Shown: positions 1-10,273 of the stretch, piece after piece | Position numbering within the stretch: the stretch's first letter is position 1 | Layout: the number at the start of each line of letters is the position of its first letter | Assembly: GCA_951406725.2 (NCBI GenBank) | Contig: OX597814.1 | Location: 164,114,001-164,178,000 of the forward strand | Length of the DNA stretch: 64,000 bases | DNA from: Octopus vulgaris | Lineage: Eukaryota | Direction of reading: 5' to 3' | The notes under the pieces: model-generated | Seen by the model: the letters and a program-made list of their open reading frames with translations, nothing else | Database searches by the model: none | What the model was told of the DNA's origin: nothing | Made by a program: the position numbers and the translations under genes

Positions 1-829
1 AATCAGTACAGATGATAGACAGTGAACTGGATTACTGGCATAATGGAAGTTATTGTTTGTTTAAAAGTGAAGGAGGGAGGGTACAATTTCCATGGGTTTG
101 CATGAAAGTGCTTTCTCTTCTTAAGAAGGACCACAAACTATGTATTGTTTCATCACATAAAAGGGGGTTAATACAATTTTGCCCAGAAATCACGTTTTCA
201 AAATACATACTTTTTTTAACGCTTAATTTTTCTTAAACAAATACTCAATGCCCCTTCCCCCACCTCACCCACCCATCACCTACCCACTTTCAAAAAGCAA
301 AAGCCCCCAATGTTTCACTTTCGTCTGATGTTTCACACATGTGTAAAATTATACTGAAATAGCTGATATAAAAACTACCAGACCACCACCAGAAAACCCA
401 ACATGCTAGAAACAATAGGTAAACAACATTATTTCTGAAGAAACTTCCCTGCTTTCCAAAAAGCTAAAAGTAAAACGTTGGGAGTTTGTAGCTTTTTGAA
501 AGTGATGAGGTCATGGGTGGATGTTTGGGAAGGAGATTTTTGTGTTTCTCTAAGATTTGTACTCTCTCTTCTTTTTTTCCATGATTACCACGAAAAAAAA
601 TTTGGAAAAAAGGTAATAATGTAGAAATTGGACTGGGAAGGGAGAAAATTAAAATATTGAGAACATGTTTTTCAGTGAAATCCTAATATCCTGTATTGAA
701 AATATAGGAATTGGAAGAAATCTAGGAAAGAAAAATCAGGTGGGAGTGCAAATGTCACCTTGGACTTGCTAGAAACAACAGATAAAGGACAGGATTTCTG
801 GATTTCTACAAAATTCATACTTTTGCCTT

Positions 830-1590
830 CCAAATGATTTTGGAGACTGCAGAATAATGATAATCAGATGGAACAATGTCCAGCAAATATGGTGGGTGGG
901 GCATTGTTTCCCATTCAAACTGCTCCAGCCTTTGGAATGTCATCCTCGCTGTATGAGGCCGTACATTATCCTGATGGAAGAACACCTTTCATCTTGAAAC
1001 TAAAGATGGTTGTTTTTCTTCTAGTACTGATTTGAATGACTGGTTGAATGGCTAAATCCAAGCTTCTCTGCTAGTTCCTCACCAGTTATGATGGGATTTT
1101 GTTCCACCAGTGTTTGCAGGACGTCAAGCTTTACAGATCTTTCAGGATGAAGCTTGTCTTCTAGGCTGTAGTTTCCAGCTCAGAATTTCTGGAACCACTC
1201 TTGACACTGGCTCACACTTATTGTCCAATCTCATATACTGCATCAATATTCCTAGCACTTTCAGTTGCATTGTTGCCTTTACTGAACTCATAATGCAAAA
1301 TATGCCAATGTAAATGTTTGGTGGGTTGGAAGAAATGCTAGAGCAGTTGACTGAACTCATAATGCAAAATATGCCAAAATGCTCCTCTGTCACTTCTATT
1401 ATAGCTTTGAAAAAATAACTGTTAAAATCAAACTGCACTCTTCAAAACTTGCACTAAGAATAAGGACAAAGGTAAGATTACTACCTGCTTTTATAGCAAA
1501 TTGGTGTGGGTAGTTTATCCTGTCTCCTTCCAATTTTGAGTTCATGCAATTGAAAAAACTGCATTACTTATGGGATGACCCAATATATAA
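830..1590 (-). mobile_element. Degenerate mariner transposon relic
   Basis: Minus-strand fragments FFHQDNVRPH and LEQFEWETMPHPPY..DIVPSDYH; internal ~28-bp duplication at 1281 and 1350. Confidence 0.8.
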
Positions 1591-3260
1591 ATCATAAGCA
1601 GCTTTCTTTATTATAGTACAGATGTGACTAATTCAGAGAAGCATTACTTTCATTATTCACACATCATCACTCTCATAATGCAACACTAATTTTGGTTCAA
1701 ATTGAAAGAGTGAAACTATTTTCACTTTCTAATGAAAACTGGTCATTGTAGAGCAGTGTCTTTCAAATAACTAAAAACTGATTGTTGAGATAACATAGAA
1801 AATATGTAAATGAAAACAAAGTTTATTTGGTAACCGAAAGATACTGAATCTTTTGATACCCTATACATCAAAATCAGCAACTCAATTTTCGAATGCATAA
1901 GAAACAAATGCACACACACATATATACAAACTCTCTGTTATATATATAGATTAGAAATGGCTATTAAACACACCACAGTTTAAATATTTTACATTTAGGT
2001 TTGTTTTTAGTATTCTTTCAGGATTTTCTTTTCTTTCTTTGTTTTTTCAATACTGTCATAAATTGAATAGGTCTGCAAATCTAAATGCATTCATATTAAC
2101 TGTTAAAAGTAACTTTTCTTTACAATTGGATGCCCTCATAATACAAATTATTTAATCATGAAGTTTTAGTGGTTATTTCCAAATCAGTTGACTAAAATAA
2201 GCTGAAAGGAAATTATACCCAGGAATACTACACAATGGCTGTAGATGAAGCTAAAGTATCAACTGAAAGAGACAATAAAATGATTTAAATAAAATTTTTG
2301 ATACAGGAGTAAATACTGTACTGTACCATTTAGAAAAATCTAAAAATATTTGTTTCTATAACAATAGCCTTACATCCTTATAACTTCTGTTGAGCAAGTA
2401 TCAGTGATAGAAAGTATATTCGGTCAACTATATAAACACCCCCAAATAAAAATGGTTTTAGTAAGTATAAGGCAATACATTTGTAGGAGACTGACTTAAT
2501 TGAACAGAATCTACAAAGCAAGAAACTAATATTTTATCAATTCCAGACAGATAAAAGCAGTGTTGACCCCAACAGAATTAAATACTGGAAGGTATTTAGT
2601 CAACTGCTCTAGCATTTCTTCCAACCCACCAAACATTTACATTCAACTGTAATAAACATACCGGGAAAGTAGTACTTTCAGAGATAGCATGTAAGTCTTT
2701 GAAAAGTGAAATGGGAAATAAAGAATTTAATACTTTTCGAGATTCCATTAAATCTACAATTAAGACTAGTAGGTGTGAAGATAAAAGTCCTACAGGTGCA
2801 AAGCTTTTAACCACATTATCATAAACCATTGTATTGTGTTCTGAAACAAAGCATGAATCAATCTTCCACACTGTCAACAGATACCATTCTTAACTTGAAT
2901 GGTCTGTAGTAGGAATAATCATCATCATGATCATCCTTTAGTGTCCATTTTCGATGCTGACATGGGTTGGATGATTTAACCAGAACTGGCAAATAGGAGA
3001 GCTGCACCAGGTTCCAGTTTGATTTGGTTTGGTTTCTTCAGCTGGATGCCCTTCCTAACATCAACCACTTTACAGAGTGTGCTGGGTGCTTTTTCCAGGG
3101 TGCTGGCACAGGTGCCTTTTAGGTGGCACTGGCAAATGCAAATATATCTAAATTTCCAAAAATGTATAACTCACACTAAGAATATCTACTATCATTTTGT
3201 CTTTTATACATATACCATGAGAATTAGACTGTTGCTAGGGTTGTGTGTACCAACTGCATA

Positions 3261-3671
3261 TACTCTTTACTCTTTTACTTGTTTCAGCCATTTGACTGCG
3301 GCCATGCTGGAGCACCGCCTTTAGTCGAGCAAATCAACCCCGGGACTTATTCTTAGTAAGCCCAGTACTTATTCTATCGGTCTCTTTTGCCAAACATCTA
3401 AGTAACGGGGACGTAAACACACCAGCATCAGTTGTCAAGCAATACTAGAGGGACAAACACAGACACACAAACATATACACAGACATACATATATATACAC
3501 ATATATACGACAGGCTTCTTTCAGTTTCCGTCTACCAAATCCACTCACAAGGCTTTGGCCAGCCCGAGGCTATAGTAGAAGACACTTGCCCAAGATGCCA
3601 CGCAGTAGGACTGAACCCAGAACCATGTGGCTGGTTAGCAAGCTACTTACCACACAGCCACTCCTGCGCCT
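3261..3671 (-). mobile_element. tRNA-derived SINE (CORE-like centre, GAGTAAA tail)
   Basis: A/B-box-like ggctgtgtggtaag..gggttcagtcc, then gggcaagtgtcttctac; near-identical to 34555-34957. Confidence 0.85.
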
Positions 3672-3734
3672 ATACTGTATATAATTTATATAACCAAAGT
3701 GTGTCTGTGCATGTGATTTCATTTTTTCACTTAC

Positions 3735-3898
3735 AATTTTATTGTAGGGAATCCTTTGACTCCAAACATATTGGCCACATTTGAATGTTTGGTACAGTCC
3801 AGCTTTCCTACTTTGATGGCAGTATGGCGCAGATGGATATAAACTTGATTGTAGATAGGTTCTAATCTCTGGCAATGACCACACCATGGTGCATAAAA
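3735..3898 (-). CDS. TMX3: TMX3 coding exon 4, thioredoxin active site (FYAPWCGHCQRLEPIYNQVYIHLRHTAIKVGKLDCTKHSNVANMFGVKGFPTIK)
   Basis: Acceptor aatttcag, donor GTAAGT, 164 nt; WCGHC and GVKGFPTIK PDI-family motifs. The short N-terminus and IKVGKLD match TMX3 best among PDI paralogues. No further exons recognised in 1-3700. Confidence 0.9.
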
Positions 3899-6434
3899 CT
3901 GAAATTAATAAACAATTCACAATAGTAAACATCTTCTGTTCATTAATTACACAATAGTGAGACTTCCACAATGCAAAAATATACAGACAACATATACACA
4001 TTACACAGGAACAAGATATATATTCACTATACATAATCAATATAAAGAGAAATAATAAAGCTAAATATACATTCAATTTATACAGGGGCAGAATGGCCCA
4101 ACCCATTCAGTCTATATGTGACTGTTGTTATCGTTATTACATGACTCCAGTCAACACAGTGGTAGTTAAGAAACTCGTTATTTCTACAAGTTAAAGGGTA
4201 ATGTACTAACAAAAGCCTAGTGGCAAGTGTTAGCAACTATGACAGAAAAGGGGAGACAATTACAAGACGTTAAGAATTGACTCTCACGATTAATTTACAT
4301 GAGATGGGAAGTCTGATCTTTGTTTGCAGGCAAGGGACAACATTGAACCTGTTTCAGCCTTTTAGATCTCATCAACATGGTATAGCATGTTCGAGCTTGC
4401 TTCATTAATTGTCATAGATTTTCAGAGATTCAATAAGAGTTACAAATAGTTTTTGGTCAGTATAATATAAAAAATTTTTAAAATAAGAAGGAGCTAAAAG
4501 AAATAATTCAAACAAGCTTATGGCATTAATTTGCATAAATAAATTAAGGGATTTTGTATTGAAGGTCATGCATATGCAGAAAAAAAATTCTTAATTTCTT
4601 GAATTTGTCTCTAAGGTGTTAAAAGAAAGCAAAATCCTGACAACAATAATCAGAGTTCACACAACTAATTTTATCTTTTTAATTATGTAAATTATAGTGG
4701 TCAAAGATTAAGAGGAAAATTTTAATTAAGAATGTGTGTGTGTGTGTAGCTTTGAGTACATCACTCCTTAACATATTTATCCAAACTTATGCCACTGGCC
4801 CATTTGAGTTATCTCCCTTAGCTCACTTTATTTAATTTCAGAAGAGAAAGGTTTATGACTGGCAGAGTAAACTTGTTTGAATGCTTGCATCAGAGTGAAG
4901 TCTGCTAAAGACACCTAAGGGCCAGATGGTAATACTAAACCAAGTAACAAATTTAGCTTACCACCCAAACGATACAGTCCATCTAATGGACTTCCTACGC
5001 AGTTATTATCTGCCCAGTTTCACTCACAAAGCATAGTTACTATCTACCCACTTTCACTCACAAAGCATGCCAGTGCCACTAAAAAGTACTCAGCACACTA
5101 TATGAAGTCATTGGCATTAGGAAGGGCACCCAGCCATAGAAACCATGCCAAAACAGACAACTGGATTCTGGACAGCTGGCCAGCTCCTGTCAAACCATCC
5201 AACCCATGCCAGCATGGAAAGCAGATGGAAAAGGAAGATGATGAGAGTAGTATGGAATGAGTGAAGTGGGCATGGTTGTTGGATACTGACAATTTGGCAT
5301 AGTTGACTTGACAATGAACTTGTTTTAGTGATAGTATGTTTTGGCACTCAAGGTACACAGACAACACACACACACTTAAACACATGCATGTGCAGAGATA
5401 ACACATACAGAGAGAGGGCAGAGAGAGAGAGAGATTACACATACATACAAACATAACTAGATGTTCACATGCATAAAGTGAGAGGGAGAGAACAAGAGAA
5501 AGATCAACACATCTGATATAAAACAGCATGGAATCATCAATGCCAAATAGGGAATGCCAAAACAGCTGTGCCAAAACATCTCATACTAAGTTGTACTTGT
5601 GTTAAGGCATGTTGTTGCAAGAAGTGTTATATACCTTAGTCACAAGGGCAACAAAGTTAGGTTCCTTGCAATGTTAAGGTTTGAATTTGTGACTTGTAGA
5701 TCTGGGCTCAATCCCACTAAATAGCACATTAGGAAAGTGTGTTCTATGGTAACCTTGGAGTGAGAAACTCAAGACTATCATGTATGCAAATATGTACATG
5801 TGTGTACCCATGTCTGGGTTATGTCAGACTGAAATATAACCCTAGCAATTCATCAAATAGATAATGATAATATAAGTACTTGACTGAACTAAATTTGGTT
5901 TCAATGTTATTAGACTAAAGGACTTGAAGGCTTAAATCAAATGACTGAGACCATTAAAAAATAAAATCTACGAATAAAATAATATATAATGGGTTGTCAA
6001 TTGATGCACAATTTAAATTTTTTGTAAATATAATAATGAAGAGAAAAATTCAAACAACAATGATGGTTCTAAAGATTAATGCAAGACACCCACACAGATT
6101 ATCAGTCAATTAGGAGCAGAATATTGAAAACATAATGAAATACAAGTAAATCAGAGTAAAATAAAAATGAAAAGTTTCAAAAGACAGGTCTGGTGCAGAT
6201 ATTAATTAATAAAGTAATGCTCTAAACATTAATATTGATTAAATTGATTCAATTCTTCTCAGTCGTCAATGAATGCAACTACAGTTCATTGTATGATACA
6301 ATAAAAATCTGTACCAGTATCCACTAACCATCGGCAGATTTTCAAATGACTTTGACAAAACAGACTGATAAAGCTTTTCTCTCTCTTCCTCACTTTCTCT
6401 CACTCTGCCTTTTCCCACATTGTTGATACATATG

Positions 6435-6910
6435 TGAAGGCACATGGTTCAGTGGCTAGAGCATTAAGCTCACAATCATGAGGTAATGAGTTCAATTCCC
6501 GGACCAAGTTGTGTGTTGTTTTCTTGAGCAAGACACTTCATTTCATGTTGCTCCATCTCACTCAGCTATAGAAATGAGTTGCGATGTCACTGGTACCAAG
6601 CTGTATTGGCCTTTGCCTTTTCTTTGGTTAATATCAGGAAGCAGATATGCATGGGTGACTGCTGGTCTTCCATAAACAACCTTGCTAGGACTTGTGCCTC
6701 AGAGGGGAACTTTCTAAGAGCAATCTCATGGTCATTCATACCCTGATACATGTATTCCTTGCATTGCCTAGTGGTTAGGATATTGTCCTCACAACCATAA
6801 GATCATGGGTTCAATTCCTGCACCAAGTGATATATTGTGTCCTTAAGCAAGACCCATCATTCTTCAATGCTCCAGTCTACTCAACTGAAACTAAGCACCA
6901 ATCAAATGTT
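6435..6910 (+). mobile_element. Two adjacent tRNA-derived SINE heads
   Basis: ggttcagtggctagagc..gagttcaattccc and gcctagtggttagg..gggttcaattcct, each followed by a (g/a)agcaagac core. Confidence 0.7.
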
Positions 6911-7524
6911 GATGCAGCTGTCTTTCTCTCCAGCTGCTCACATCTTCAATATTTTGTTGGGTCAAGAGCATGTCTATGTCTACCTGCAACTATATAAACA
7001 CCTAAAACAACTAGTGAGAACATAGTATTTGCAACCTAGTCATAACCCAATTGGTAAGTGATGGCTGTATTTCTTTACAAAACATCCTCAGATATATCTT
7101 TGGAAGTGTAAATATATAAACATCACACACTTCTTAAGGCAATGAAAAATCCAATAATATAGTGGTATATGTAAATATAGCATATAAAGGTATCAGGAAT
7201 AAAACTAATCTGAACCAAACATATCATACAAGATTCAAGAAGTAACAAAACAAATTGACATGAAGTTTCAGTCAAATCAGGTGTATTTCCTGCCTCACCA
7301 ATTCTTCTCATTTGAGATCCTTTAATTTATTTGAATTAAAACTCCTTTTATTTATTTCTATGATGTTATATCATCAAAAAACTATCAATTATATAACAGC
7401 TCACAGCTATTAACCCTCTTTAGCATTTAAACCAGCCAAACCGATCAGATCTGGCCTCTCACACCTACCCTACAAAATAATTCTAGAAATAAACAATGAC
7501 ACCATGGAAATCTGAAAGTCTGTT

Positions 7525-7532
7525 GTATATAT

Positions 7533-7564
<32 letters not shown>

Positions 7565-7583
7565 ATGTATGTATGTGTGTATA

Positions 7584-7624
<41 letters not shown>

Positions 7625-7686
7625 TCCAACCCATGCTAGCATGGGGAACGGACGTTAAACGACGATGATATATATATATGTATGTA

Positions 7687-7720
<34 letters not shown>
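7525..7720. repeat. (TA)n/(TATG)n microsatellite block interrupted by an RTE tail
   Basis: Read directly; gtccaacccatgctagcatgg..gacgatgat at 7624-7669. Confidence 0.9.
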
Positions 7721-7725
<5 letters not shown>

Positions 7726-8094
7726 GTAAAAGTAATATGTGACAATAATTTGGTAGCCATGATAAAACTCAGAGTTTCGGATGCCAAGGTGGAAATCCAC
7801 CCCACCATCTCTTCAGTTATCTGGCCATCAGTTATATATATATTGATAAAAAAAGGTAAGACAACAAAAGAATGAAAGATACCTCGATATTATGTAAATA
7901 GAGGAATTTATCTGTAAAAGTAATATGTGATAATTATTCGGTAGCCATGATAAAACTCCGAGTTTCAGATGCCGAGGTGGAAACCGATGGCCAGATCACT
8001 GAAGAGATGGTGGCGTGGATTTCCACCTCGGCATCCAAAACTCGGAGTTTTATCATGGCTACCGAATAATTGTCACATATTACTTTTACAGATA
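7721..8094. mobile_element. Non-coding Penelope-like pLTR/retrozyme-type repeat with direct and inverted copies, embedded in (TA)n
   Basis: Unit at 7721-7833, partial direct copy at 7909-7983, inverted copy at 7984-8094; carries a hammerhead motif. Confidence 0.65.
7755..7826 (-). ncRNA. Type I hammerhead ribozyme motif (Penelope-type, minimal palindromic stem III)
   Basis: Minus strand reads GGCCA-GAUAA CUGAAGA GAUG..GGUGG AUUU CCACC..CAUC C GAAA CUC U GAG UU UUAUC-A-UGGCU. Core and stems I-III are present; predicted cut after GUU between 7766 and 7765. Confidence 0.75.
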
Positions 8095-8458
8095 TATATA
8101 TATATATATATATACAACAGACTTCTTTCACTTACTGTCTACATCTAGTCACTAGGTTTGTCAGCCTAGGGCTATAGCAGAAAATACTTGCCTAAGATGC
8201 TCATGATGGGACTGAACCCAGAACCATGTGGTTGGGATACAAACTTCTTACTACACTGCCTCACTTGTGCCTATTAAACATATGAAGTTTTGTTTTGTCC
8301 AGTTGTTTACAAAATGCATAAAATTCACCAAAAAACTTACTACAGAAAACTTTTAGACAATCAAATCACAGCTCTATTCATAAAAATTCGTAAAGATTTT
8401 ATTTACTGTTAGAGCACTGTTATAAAATGAAAATTCAATTTTTAAAAAATCATCTTAC

Positions 8459-8498
8459 CTCTACTAGCCATAATCCTTCTTTCCGCTGCTCCAGAAAA
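8459..8498 (-). CDS. TMX3: TMX3 coding exon 3 (NFLEQRKEGLWLVE)
   Basis: Acceptor ttttattttag, donor GTAAGA, 40 nt, phase 2 to 0; WLVE directly precedes FYAPWCGHC, as WLVD does in vertebrate TMX3. Confidence 0.9.
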
Positions 8499-8969
8499 CT
8501 AAAATAAAATTTAAAACAATTCAAAATTAATTTTTTTATACAACCGATGATGGTAGTATAACTAATTATCCTCCATGACAATTTAATAATTGAATAATTG
8601 TATTAGACTAACAGGATTAGCCTATTTTATATTTATTGATAGATTTAATACACACTAATCTTTTCATGAACTACAATGACTCATCATGCTCTCACTTATC
8701 GCTCATCTTCACAGCGTGAAAATAATGGATCAAAAGAATCTCTTTGGGACATGCTACTCCAGACAGATATCAATTTTCCATAGATATCTGTCTAGACATT
8801 ATCATCTATGCCAGACACAAGCAAAACTGCGTGATGCAGGCATGGATTTGTAGTTAAGAGATTTCTTTCCCAACCACGTGGTTTCAGGTTCGGACCCACC
8901 ATGTGGCATTTCGGACATGTGTTTTATACTATAGCTCTGGGCTGACCAAAGCCTAGTAAGTGGATTTAG

Positions 8970-9391
8970 GGATCTTTTCAGTTTGACCGGCAGTTTTTTC
9001 TAGCGGTGTCATATGAAATTATCACCCATAATTATGACCCTAGAACCGATCTATTGCATTTCAATTTCTTTTAGGGTTAGGGGTTAAGGTTAAGGGTGGG
9101 GGAAGGGTACCTTTTTTTCTTCACAAATGTAAATAAACCCAATCTGTTTCTTAAACAAGGGACATATTCATACGGCACAGAATGCTTTTTAACTCAATGG
9201 ACATCATCAATTGGTTGAAATTGCAGAAATTGAAGAAAAAAAAAACAAATATCTTACAAACTATAGAATTTTCTAAATAAAGCTAAGAGAAAAAGATGTT
9301 TTATAAACACATTCTACCAGTATATGAAGTTTAAAATTTTTTAGTTACCTAGAAATTATGTTAAAAACTGCCATTCAAACCGAAAAGATCC
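8970..9391 (+). mobile_element. MITE with GGATCTTTTC TIRs and an internal TTAGGG-like tract, inserted in a SINE
   Basis: TIRs ggatcttttcagtttgaccggcagttttt / aaaaactgccattcaaaccgaaaagatcc; flanking duplication GATTTA(G). Confidence 0.85.
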
Positions 9392-9846
9392 AGATTTAGT
9401 GTTGAGAAACTGAAGCAAGCCCATCATATTGAGAGAGAGATAGAGATAGAGAAAGAGAGAGAGAGAGAGAGAGAGAGTGAGTGTGTGTGGCAAGATAAGA
9501 TTTTTGGGGTTTCTTTGTCTTGACATCATGTTATACTTGTAAACAAGTGTCATCACGATACAAACTGTGTCCTTTGTTTCCAATCTCCTGGGAAAATGTG
9601 TCCAGTCATGGGAGTTGGTGGCAGGAAAGGCATCCAACCCATGCAAGCACAGAAAAGTGGACACTAAAACAATAATGATGATGATTGCTGTTACTAGTCT
9701 TTTACTGTATTTGATAATGTTATTGTTTACTCCATTTCTGCCCTGACAGAGTAAATATTTGAGCATTCTGGCTGCAACTATCCCATCCTTATTTTTTTTT
9801 TTCCAAAATAGTGTATTGAGGATGACATTATCTAATATGGCTTCTT

Positions 9847-10273
9847 GGATATTTTCAGTTTAGCCGGCAGTTTTTCAAAATAATTTCCACGTAACTAAAC
9901 ACTTTTAAACTTCATATACTGGTAGAATGTGTTTATAAAACACCTTTTTCTCTTGACTTTATTGAGAAAATTCTATAGTTTGTAAGATATTTGTTGTTGT
10001 TTTTCTTCAATTTCTGCAATTTCAACCAATCAATGACATCTATTGAGGTGAAAACATTCTGTGCCGTATGAATATGTCCCTCGTTTAAGAAACAGATTGG
10101 GTTTATTTACATTTCTTAAGAAAAAAAGATACCCTTCCCCCCACCCCTAACCAACCCTAACTCTAACCCTAAAACAGATTGAAATGCAATAGATCGATAC
10201 TAGGGTCATAATTATGGGTGACAATTTCATATGACACTGCTAGAAAAAACTGCCATTCAAATCAAAAGGATCC
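9847..10273 (-). mobile_element. Second copy of the same MITE in opposite orientation
   Basis: Reverse-complement match to 8970-9391 over its full length; flanking duplication GCTTCT(T). Confidence 0.85.

Noticed and set aside
3570-4106. 178-aa minus-strand ORF
   Set aside because: It is the wrong frame across TMX3 exon 4 and runs into intron and SINE sequence.
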